Shown: positions 53,446 through 64,000 of the stretch, in pieces
How positions within the stretch are numbered: position 1 is the stretch's first letter
Layout: each line of letters starts with the position of its first letter
Source of the DNA: Carcharhinus longimanus
Lineage: Eukaryota
Direction of reading: 5' to 3'
Assembly: GCA_030264375.1 (NCBI GenBank)
Contig: JASCQW010000119.1
Location: 7,038,536 to 7,102,535, forward strand
Length of the DNA: 64,000 nucleotides
The notes under the pieces: generated by a model
What the model was told of the DNA's origin: nothing
The model's database searches: none
What the model saw: only the letters and a program-made list of their open reading frames with translations
Position numbers and translations under genes: made by a program

Positions 53446-53487
53446 GGAGGTGGTGGTGGTGGTGGTGTGGGGGAGGGGGGTGGTGGG
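53446..53487. repeat. (GGT)n / G-rich tract
   Basis: Directly visible. Confidence 0.9.
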
Positions 53488-55116
53488 GTCAGAAGGTTTG
53501 TTGTGCTGCAGCCGTTCCTCTTACATAATCGTGTTGTAGACANNNNNNNNNNNNNNNNNNNNNNNNNNNNNNNNNNNNNNNNNNNNNNNNNNNNNNNNNN
53601 NNNNNNNNNNNNNNNNNNNNNNNNNNNNNNNNNNNNNNNNNNGGGGTCAGAAGGTTTGTTGTGCTGCAGCCGTTCCTCTTACATAAACGTGTTGTAGACA
53701 ATGAATAAATCTAGGCATCAAGCTGCAGGACAAAATGAGTTGAAATGGTGAATGAGAAAGGTAATGATAAATGATGAAACAATATTTTTAAAGGACCAAG
53801 TTGATGAACGTCTGGAGGCGACTTTGGCATTAAATGAAATAAAAGTCTAGTAAACAGGCGAAAGATTTGGCGGAGTAGTCCTTCGAGGGACGTGCTGCGG
53901 GCAGAACGTCAAAATTTCAGGAACCGAGTGATTGACATCACTGATGCACGTCATGTAGATTTGAAGAAACATGGATAATTTCGGGGCAACAGTGATGGTA
54001 TGCATCCATTGTTCAAAAGACAAAACAAAACTGCTGTTCTTTCCTCGATGCAGGTCATTCGTGAGGTGGTGACTTGTTGCTTGAAATACAATTGAATTAT
54101 TATTTCAAGCATTTCTATCATTTATAATTACTAATATGAAGGTCACCCTGTCACTGGATAAATAAAAATAAAACATGCTTCGGCTGGCATTTCTTCTTTC
54201 GAACGTTATTTCCGAGAATACGTCTGATTTCCGATCGCTTAGTTGGGGAAGAGTTCATTCCAAGTCCAACACTTATTTGCATCGGCATGTTAAGCTCCTC
54301 CATCATTAAAAATAAGGATTTCTGTGGACACCTGGTGCCGTGAGACTTCTTACTGGACTTTGTCTGCCAGAGGGTTGCAACATTATTCAACATCATTCAT
54401 GTATTCCGAAACTGAGTGTACATCAGCAGGATTTGCCTGAACATTATGTAAGAGAAATATTCAATGTGCATATGTGCAGAATAAGTTTATACATTGTTTC
54501 GCATTACGTTTGGAATTAGAGGTAGTTTACACTGATGAATTCAGCTAGGATTATAAAATCTACTGTTAAATACTAACTTGGAAGAACAAAGCCACAATCT
54601 ACCAACAGTGCTACTCCTCGATTCAAGATCTTAAGCACAATTTATCTGATTTCGACCTGAATTTGTCTCGAATGCCAAACTGGCCATATTGCAAATATAT
54701 GATTTGAGTAGCAAATACAATCATTGCGTTCCAATATTACCAATATCTTTCCTCGTAATTTCTGTTGAGGAAAAAAAATGCAAAAAACAAATATATTAAG
54801 GGAGACAATTCACTACCTATCACAACACATTTCCGCCCATTGACGAGTGAGTCGTTCACTTTATGTCCAGCTGATCAAATTTGCAGATGTGTACCTACCT
54901 ACCAGCCACTGATATTAACCTGCATCAACCCCATGATATATTCAGCGTTATTACGTTGTTTCTTTTTTATATTTGAATTTGTTAATTTGAGATCGACAAG
55001 ACATGATTAATTAGGCTTTGGAATTAGGTACGTTATCTTCTTCACGATGTGAAATATTACCAATAGGCATGGGCTACTGTGAGCTTGTTAGATTCCCCGG
55101 AATAAGTAGATGTTAG

Positions 55117-55465
55117 TGGGTGGTACGATGAGAGTGTTTAGCACTCTCTGTGAGGCGGTATCACAGGGACAAGGAACTGGGTTAGATTTCCGGCTTGGAT
55201 CACTGTCTGTGTGTAGTTTGCACGTTCTTATTGTGCCTGCGAGGGTTTTCCCTAGGTGTTCTGGTTTCGTCCCATTGACCATAGATGTGTGGGATCGGTG
55301 CATTGGCAATGCTAAGTTGCCTCTCAGTGTTCCAGGATGCTAAGTTTCAGCGAATAGCGGCGTAAATTTCTGTTGTAGCAGGGATTTGTACGGCATGGTG
55401 TTGTTTCGGTGTGGGCTCGATGGAGCAAGTGTTTTCCGTCTGCACGTTTTGTTTTCCATGTTTCG
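55117..55465 (+). mobile_element. HE1-like V-SINE with CR1-type tail
   Basis: ggcttggatcactgtctgtgtgtagtttgcacgttct...ggtgttctggtttcgtccca V-domain; gtgcattggcaatgctaagttgcc; tail gggctcgatggagcaagtg. Confidence 0.87.
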
Positions 55466-56619
55466 ACGTCAGTTAGCAGTGATGAAACATTCTGGAGGAG
55501 AAGGATGTTCAAGCCTAACTAATACATTGCTGGTCAGGAGGCCGCCCAGCAGAAAGAGCAGGAGTGAAAGCAGGAGGAGGAGAAGAGGAAGAGGAAGATG
55601 AGGAGGGCGAAAGCACGACGCTCAGCAACACCAGCCAGGTGCTGGATTGCTAGCGACAGAAAGAATAAAACATGCAATGGAGGTGAGGGGAGCCCTGATC
55701 AACATATTCTATGGTCAACGGGAGCATTTTGTGCCCCATGAATGTTCCATTTGTGGATAGAGGAAGAAATGCTGCAATAATACATTGGGAACCAAACTGG
55801 CAAGAACGGCTTTAAAATGGAGATTCCGTCTTCGCGGCATCCTGATAGCTGTGATCAGAATTTAATTTACACCCGATCCTTGTTAATAAAGTCTGTGATC
55901 TGTGATCTGAATTTTCCACTGCTGATCGGGTAAGGGAATTTGTTTAAATTGAATTCAGTCATGCGCCTTTGAATTACAACATTACTTTGTAGAACATGTC
56001 GAGTAAACTAACCACAATAATGTCGTTTAATGTAGTTTCAGTGGATTTTCGAGCCATGATATCGGTTTCTGGTTACACAGTTGGCTGGAAGCAGGTAATC
56101 TTGTGGAGGCGAGTGGATCATTTTTGGATAAAAGACATGGGCAACCTCTGTTAGTCAGTGACAACTTGGCCAAGACTTACAATGGCAAGACATGTACCTA
56201 GAAGGAATTGCCCACAGAGCTGAAAATCGATTCTACATTCAGGATATTTCCTGCCCCACGCTAACTTCCCGCCCCCGCNNNNNNNNNNNNNNNNNNNNNN
56301 NNNNNNNNNNNNNNNNNNNNNNNNNNNNNNNNNNNNNNNNNNNNNNNNNNNNNNNNNNNNNNNNNNNNNNNNNNNNNNATTTAATCAAATTAAATATCAG
56401 CTACATTAACTATTTTTTTTTCAGTTGAATAGTTAAACTTGATGTCCCGTTAAGTGCATGCGGATTCAAAAGTTAAGATAGGATGAAGAGTAGGGCTGAG
56501 ATATTACCATCGGGTTGCCTCCATTTTCATCACGCTATACGGTCGTAAACAAGGGTGTAAACGATTTGCGTGACTGGTGCAAGTAAAATGATTTGTGGCA
56601 CAGTCAGCCGCATATCGCA

Positions 56620-57045
56620 AATCGGCAAGGGGCAGGATAATTTATTGTCATTAGTGAATCCGGCATTCAATCGGTTATGACTTTTACGGTCTCTGTGGGA
56701 AATATTTTCTCCCGCGAGGAATCGACTTTCAACGTATGAACGGGGAACAGGCAACTTGACTCTCCAGTGGAACAAGAGGCTCTTGAGGCCCCCAGGGGAG
56801 TGCGAGGGCATGCGGTACCACTTGGCAGTCCCAGGCTCAGTGTCACCCTGGCTACAGATCAACCATTTTTCCACGTAGGCAATGCCCAACAGACAATGCA
56901 ACGGGGCGGGCAAATAGGGGACGGGACCTCTGGGGGTTATGGGAGAGGCCAGTGGGGACTTGGGCGAGGAACCAATGTGGGACTGGGCGAATGGGGGAGA
57001 GAGTTCGCTGCAACGCTACAGTGGTCGATGGGGGTGGAGGATGGG
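56620..57045. mobile_element. GC-rich non-autonomous DNA-transposon-like fragment
   Basis: GC-rich block (gaggcccccaggggagtgcg...ggcagtcccagg) resembling shark Harbinger-derived MITE interiors from recall. TIRs not identified. Confidence 0.3.
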
Positions 57046-57047
57046 GA

Positions 57048-58428
57048 TCCGCAGAAATCTTCAAACCTTTTTTACAACCATCTGTGGTCGCTCCCTGCTT
57101 CAAGAGGACGAATATCCTCCAGGTACCTAAGAAAAGCCAAGCAGCGTGATTTAACGACAATCGTCCGGTCGTTCTGTTAACCGTCATTATGAAGTGTTTC
57201 AAAAGGCTAATCACGGTGCGAATCAAGTCCAACCACCCAAATTACCTGGATCAACTAGGGTTTGCCTGCCTCTTCAACAGATCCACAGCAGGCACAATCT
57301 CCCTGTCCCGGCTGGATAACAAAGATAACTAAGTCAGACCCCGATTTATTGATTAATAATTCTTCAACATTATTACTCTTAGAAAACTCAAATACAACCT
57401 CTATCGCCTGACCCTCGGCTCCTCCCTCTCCGGCTGGATTCTGAACTTCATATTCCACAGACTGCAGTTAGTGAGGGTAGGCAACACCCAGACTCCTCTA
57501 CGATCGATCTCAGCACCGGATATGTTCTCAGTCCCATGAGATACTTGTTATAAATCTGTGACTGTGTGGCCAAGAATTTTAAATTTGCTGACAGCACCAC
57601 CGTGGTGGGTAGGATCTCATAGAATTAAAAAAAAGTACAGCAATGAGATACAGAACTGGTGAGGCGACACTATCGCTCCTGAAATGTTAACAAAACGCAG
57701 AAGATTGGCATAGACTTCAGGAAGAATAGAGGAGAACATGTCCCTCTTTCCGTCTACAGGGACGAAGTTGAAAGGTCAATAGCTTCAATTTTGTCAGGTG
57801 TCCAGATCGCCAACAAACTGACCAGCCCCCCAACCCCCTCACCCCACCACCACCATCGCCTCCTGCAGCAATAGTTAAGAAAGCCCACCAATGCCTCCAG
57901 TCTCTCAGAAGACATGTCAGCTACGACTCTGACCAAATTGTTCAGATGCAACATAGAACAAAATTATTTTTTGTTGTTTCTCACACATTGGAATGGATTC
58001 TGCTCTTCCCAAGGCAGAAAGAAACGACAAAAAATTTGCGAATGCAGCCCAATACATCACTCACCCATTCTCCCATCCATTGACTCTGACTACACTTCCC
58101 GTTGCCACGGCAAAGCAGCCAACACATTTTAAGATCCGCACACCCCAAACATTCTCTCTTCCAATTTCTTCCGTGAGAAAAGTTACACAAGTCTAAGGTC
58201 ACGTACCACTGATTCAAGAACATTTTTTTTCGGCTAATGTCAGACTCTTGAATACACTAACTTGCATTAAGTTGAACTTTTTCTACAACTGAGCTACGAC
58301 CGTAACAATACGTTCTGCACTTTCTCGCGTCTTTCTTTGTGAATGATATGCTCTTTCGGTGTAGTGCGCAAGAAATAATACTTTTTACTGTATGCTAATA
58401 ATTGTGACAATGATAAATCTAATAAATC
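57048..58428 (+). mobile_element. Rex1/Babar-type LINE, 5'-truncated RT and 3' end
   Basis: AEIFKPFLQPSVVAPCFKRTNILQVPKKSQAA*FNDNRPVVLLTVIMKCFKRL; WILNF; FKFADSTTVVGRIS; IDFRK; tail ctttttactgtatgctaataattgtgacaatgataaatc. Confidence 0.9.
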
Positions 58429-60237
58429 CGTCAAGTGTTATCGCTAATCTCAAGACTTCATTTTCCAAGCGAATCGCTCATAATGTAAAATGGTGTTAAA
58501 AACCTTGCTTTGATGAGTGATGCAATCTCATGAACATAAACACAAATATAAATAGAAGAGTAGCAACTCACTATACCAGTCAATATTGCACACTTTTATA
58601 TGTTACTGATATTTGTTACCCGAGATAGGTTTGACCTGTAGAATAATTGTCTCCCCGGGAATCTCTGATGGCTTCATAACTTTGCACAACTTTGTTTTTC
58701 TGTGTAGAGTTAATCCAAGTGTTCCTTGCAGATGATTGATGACTAAAACACTGCCTCCCCAATTTGTTAATTTAAGTACAACTAATTCTACTCAAATTAC
58801 GATTTTCGCTTTCCAGTTTGATTATATTTTTCTCTTTTTAACTGATATTGTTGATAATGTTGCAACAGGTGCCCACTATCATAAAAATGGCGTTGTGCCG
58901 CAAAGACACTGAAACAAAAGATTACTGGTACTGAACGGATCAATATACAAAATCTAGACTTTAACGAATTTCTGAGTGCGTTATGTTTTAGTCATTTAAG
59001 TTATCAACTGACGTTGACACCTCATCTAATCTATATTACAGACACATAGTTTTGATGAACCTGATTTCTTTTTGCTTCCTCTGACGTGGTGCTTACTTGT
59101 ATCTTAATGTAGAACAGGATGTACAAAATATGCAGAACTGATTAAAAGCGGAAAGATTAATAAAAGTTTTAAAATATATAGAATTTCCGATTAACGTGCG
59201 CATCAACAATTTTCTATGAGGTAAATTGAACAACATGAAGCCCCCAACATATAGTCGTTGGTCGTTTCGATTGATTTTTAGCACTTAGAGAGGAAACAAT
59301 TCATTTTTGGAACATTGCATGAGTTAAAGAAAAACTCGGCTATTGAAGAGAAACAATGAGCATAAGGGAGAATGCAGAAACGCGTGTGCAATCTTAAACT
59401 AAACAATCCGGAATATGTACTTTTCATAGAATCTATAAAAAGTGAAAACTATAAAGTGGATCTGCGGGGTGAAGGTTTCAAGCTAAAATAACACATGACG
59501 TGGCAATCAGGCTTTGATAGAAAATGGGCTTCCAGGTTCCCTTTGGAGTCAAATTGATTCATTCATTCAGATTCCAAACGCGCTCTTGCTCAGTGAATTG
59601 AATGTCAGGCAAAGAGGTAGTGTTCAAATGTGCAAAATTGATAATGTAGACTTCCGAGAAGCTACATCCAGCATACTCGCAACATCGCTGATTCAGAGTG
59701 TGCTTGTGAAGCAGTAATGTCCTGCTGGCATGCCTCTGCTTATGGCACCCTCAGTGGAAATTGAAAAATGAATGCTCGTCGTGGTGCAGGGCTGACAAAT
59801 TTCAAAATCAGAGTCTAATTTCTGGAAGCACATCATTCCTAAGAAAACACAGTGTGATATATTCTTGGTGTATTCTTCAGAAAAATAGATTTCAAACACT
59901 CGTGTTGATGAGGAAGCGGTAATTCGACCCCACGAAACAGTGAATCTGCAGAAGGTTTGGCCTGAAGTCGGTGCTTGTAAAGATCCATCTACGTTATATT
60001 GCAAGATCTGTTTGGATGTCATAAAATACAGCCATCTAATTTAGATAGTAATCGGTGCAGAATTGTGTGCTTGCGTTTGAGGTGGACACAGGCGGCCAGA
60101 CATTATTTTTTGAACAAGTCCAGCAGTTGCCGTTAAAGTAAGCGGTACTAACAAGATTGTTTTGTTGTGTGAGGAGTCAGTACAGGAAGACTGTTGATCA
60201 CAAATGTATGAAGCAAATGGCGCAAACCGTATGATAT

Positions 60238-60440
60238 TTATGGGGAGAGGGCGGGAAAGTGGAACTGAGCAGCGACAGATCAGCCATGATCTTATTGAAT
60301 GGCGGGGCAGGCTCNNNNNNNNNNNNNNNNNNNNNNNNNNNNNNNNNNNNNNNNNNNNNNNNNNNNNNNNNNNNNNNNNNNNNNNNNNNNNNNNNNNNNN
60401 NNNNNNNNNNNNNNCTATTTCTTATGTTCTTATGTTCTTA
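60238..60440 (+). mobile_element. Young short CR1 3' end spanning a gap
   Basis: gatcagccatgatcttattgaatggcggggcaggctc...ctatttcttatgttcttatgttctta matches the reverse complement of the young copy at 25883-25964. Confidence 0.9.
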
Positions 60441-61305
60441 TTTAGTCATTCTCGTGTCTCTGTTTTTTGCATATGTTTGGATTTTCAATGAGAGGAGAAG
60501 CATCGTAATGATGTTTTCATTTTGTACCAATTGCAAACGTCGTGCTGGCAATGAGATTCCGCACTTAGGATTCGAGCAGTGAATGGACGCATTATAAACT
60601 AATGAACGAAATTGATGCTGCATTGTGGCTTGATGTTGGAAACTCTCAGCAGAATGCAAAGAGCATTTGAGGATTTAGCGCAGTTACGAATCACTTGGGC
60701 GATTTATTTGTCTCGGAAAACAGTAGTTGGAAATTTTGCAGAAACATATTGGCGTTTACTTTCATCCCAATATTGTGGAATAATCTTCTGGCCAGTCTTG
60801 TAAATAAGCGCTTAGAGAGGAAAACAATGCAGTTCATTTGAAAATTATGCACGTGAGAACAGGCTTGTTGCATAAAAGATAATTAAAGTCTAATTCAAGA
60901 AGCTACAACAAGTAGGAAAACAAAATATGAGTGTGTTAGCAGCTAAAGCTCGTGGCTTAATGGTACGACATCAGAGTTCAAGTCTCGTTCTTTATTTGCA
61001 TGTCTCAGCTTTAACAAGTTAAATTACTTCTCCGCATATTAAATGGTCACATATGTTCCGATAGCCACTCCAGCATCAATGTGAAATTCAATGCAGGGCG
61101 CAGTTAGACAATAACAAATGAAATTTTACATCGACAACGAATAAAACTACATCTAAGCCGTTAGGATAACCCTTTGATTGAACGTTGGAACTTTCGCTGT
61201 TGTGAGATCTGGCACTGGCTTGAAAGTCAATATTGTTAATTACTGTTTTGAAATTCTACATGTAAGTTTTCTCTAATGGAAATATTTAATGTGTTTGACA
61301 AGGAT

Positions 61306-61329
61306 ATGTATATATATATATATATATAT
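61306..61329. repeat. (TA)n microsatellite
   Basis: Directly visible. Confidence 0.92.
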
Positions 61330-62204
61330 GGGCACACACACATACTGGAACGATATTTACAAGAAAGACACGGTAAGGATCTGTTTGTCAAGTATCAGAT
61401 CACATGTGGAAAACGCAGCCTGAAAAGCAGTTCATACAATGAATTCCTAGAATTTACCACTGCAGTACGAATTAGGTTCAGAAAGGGAGCACACTAGTAT
61501 GACGTATTCATGAACAATGATTTGCGATTAATTACGAACATCAAGAAAGCGGAGTAGATTGGCAAATGTCAGCATAATATGGAAGAATTTTCTAATCAAT
61601 TGCCATAGTAGGTGTGTACAACTAAGAAAATCAGTTAAAGGATTAAAAGAAGTATAATTTTCGACTTCCGAAATTTGATCTCCCTTGTTGTATTAACAAG
61701 GGAGAGAGAATAGTGAAATGAGGTAATAGATCAAAAAACAAAGAAAATCTTTGCGACATCGCATTTTCACTCTACTTAAAGAGTGTCATTTTTGGGAAAA
61801 AGAAACGCAATTACCACAAATCAAAAATAAATTTAAACATACGATCAGGTTTTAAATGGGGCTTTACAGATTCTTACATATGATCGTAAGTCATGTCACA
61901 GTAACGGGCATTGCTTAAGAATTACCGAATAATAACTAAAATACGTTAAGTAAGCTAGCTATCTATAATCTGACTGTAAGATTTAAACGTGTAGCAAATT
62001 ATACAGCAAATGAAGGTGGTACTATTTGTACAGAAAATGTGCCCAGGCAATTGTAAATTAAACCCAATAGAGGCAGAAGTTTTTCTAATGCACTTTGTGC
62101 AAATGTTCATTGTAGAATGTTAATATTGTTCAGTGCTAGTTCAAAGTCAATACGACAATAAGAATGAAATCAGCATTAACGCTAACAGAAAGAAAACTCA
62201 GCAA

Positions 62205-63052
62205 ACGGATTTGAATTGAATTAGTGTTGCCAAATGTATTCGTATACGGTTCAATCGTATTGCTTTTGCGCAACATACAGACACCGCGTAACTTTCATGG
62301 AGAAAGAAACGAGAGAAAGCAGAATGTACTGTTACTGTCATAACTGGACGGAAGATTCAGCTGAATACAAGCAAGATCCATTCAAAGGTCTGATGTTAAG
62401 AGTGAAGATGTTTTAGCGTTGGTGGGTACGTGACCTCAGACACTCTAGCATTTTCCCGACGGAAGAAGGTAGAACGTATGTCAGGCGTGTGTGGAGTCCT
62501 TAATTAGACTGGTTGCTTCTTGATGCAGCAGAAAGTGCAGAGAGTCATTGGGCGGAAGGCTGGCTTGCGTGATGGATTTGAACTCATTCACGTTTTTTTT
62601 TGCAGCTTCTTTCTGTCTTGGGAGAGGTGGAGCCATTCCAAAGTGTGCCACTACCAGAAAGACTGAATTCTAGGGCGCACGTGAAAAGTTGGTGTGAGTC
62701 ATCGCTGGCATGTAGAAGCAGCTTAGTCTTCTNNNNNNNNNNNNNNNNNNNNNNNNNNNCCCCCCCCCCTCCAGGACATGTGTTCTTTTTGTTTGCTTGA
62801 ACGAATAAAAAACTTGAAGTTCACGACCATTTGTTTATCATCCCCGTTAATGTCGATGGGGATGATGAAGAAATGTTTTTCATTATTTTCTTCATTCGGA
62901 TTCCTGAAGTCGATGACTAACTCCTTCGTTTTGTTGATACTGGGGAAAAATTATTGTTCCTGTACAGTTCGCCAGATTCTCATCTCATTCCTCTACATTG
63001 CCTCATCATTCCTTGAGAGCCGATATGGCGGTGAGGCGAGCAGTTTGAAGGT
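62205..63052 (-). mobile_element. Second Rex1/Babar LINE 3' part
   Basis: gtgggtacgtgacctcagac and gagaaagcagaatgtactgttac are reverse complements of segments in 58190-58330. ttcctgaagtcgatgactaactccttcgtttt is reverse-complemented KTKELVIDFR. Confidence 0.87.
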
Positions 63053-64000
63053 CCCGTTTCAGCGGCTTTTAACTGGTCTCTGGCACTCTGCCGCGTGAAG
63101 GCCTGAGCTTCCAAGGAGTTGTATTTGTCTTTCAGAGCCAGGGTCGGGAAATCCCGAGAACTTGGACTTCAGCGCCGGCTGCTGGACCCAGTTCCGTGGC
63201 TGGTCTGTGTTAGTTTCTGGCTGGTTGTCTCCAGGGTCCCAATAATCTGCCATTTTTAAGAGATTGAATTACTGAAGTGTTAGAGAATTTAAATGATGAT
63301 TTGGAAACATAGAACGAGAGTAAATGAAACAACAAGAAACTGGTGGGTACAGTTTGCACGTTGTAGCCTCGCTCCGGAGCCATCCATCGGAAACAGTGAC
63401 TCTTAAAAGCTAACCAATCGCCAGGACTCACTGGTGTCTTTCGTTCAGACGGAAAAAAGATGTTGTGACCAATATTGTATGATTCACTTGTAATATTGCA
63501 AACTCATTGCTATATCGAACCTCGCCGGTCAAAGTGAAAGAAGAATTCCAACAAGACATTAATGGAAATGGGGGGGAAAAAAACAGAAAATAGGAAAACA
63601 CGAAAGGAATACTCAAGGATTTGTCAGTGGGTAATTTCTAGAATGTTTTAGCTGAATGTTATAGCACGTCACACCAAAGGTGAAATTGGATAGAGCGGGG
63701 ACAACGCGGACTTTTGAGAGGAATCGACCGTTTAATCAGTGCACTCGTTTATCCTCAAAGGGGATAAATGCATTTGAAAAGTGTCCTTGCGGTTTCGAAC
63801 ATAATTGAAGAGATACCAAACCAAATTATATTACAGAACGCAATACAGCAGTGAGTAAATACCAATGTGCTGTCATGTGTAAAGCACTGGATGCGTCACA
63901 GGAACAGACCACAGGTGAGCAGGATAAATTGAACTTCTCGTCTTGGCACGTAGTATTACTTGTCAATCACGTAGATCAGTGTCTATTCCGTACATAGAGG

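Larger units (their letters stand above)
49370..53480 (+). mobile_element. Decayed autonomous-type PIF/Harbinger DNA transposon (right end probably lost at the gap)
   Basis: Contains a HARBI1-like transposase relic on + and a probable convergent partner-gene 3' end on -. The left boundary is approximate. Confidence 0.65.

Noticed and set aside
1-64000. CRISPR arrays, operons, rRNA or true tRNA genes
   Set aside because: None seen. The DNA is vertebrate, and the tRNA-like A/B boxes all belong to SINE heads.

Overview
Eukaryotic, vertebrate non-coding DNA from a gapped draft assembly (twelve N-gaps, mostly 100 bp). The repeat content (CR1/HER1-like LINEs, HE1-like V-SINEs, Penelope elements, Rex1/Babar LINEs, Harbinger transposons) points to a cartilaginous fish, most likely a shark; this is inferred from recalled family motifs, with no database search. 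I found no intact host gene. The ORF-track entries I examined are fragments of decayed transposon reading frames or chance ORFs. The most notable structures are: (1) a near full-length CR1 whose ORF1 appears split by a ~10.2 kb block that begins with a Penelope element; (2) a Penelope pseudo-LTR inverted repeat carrying hammerhead-ribozyme cores; (3) a 559 bp solo LTR with a perfect 5 bp TSD; (4) a LINE endonuclease region fused to the same tRNA-like head as a local SINE family, in a 5'-inverted arrangement; (5) a decayed two-gene Harbinger with a nested MITE; (6) a Gypsy (Gmr1-like) protease relic. I see no evidence of a novel coding system. Boundaries of old repeats are approximate.
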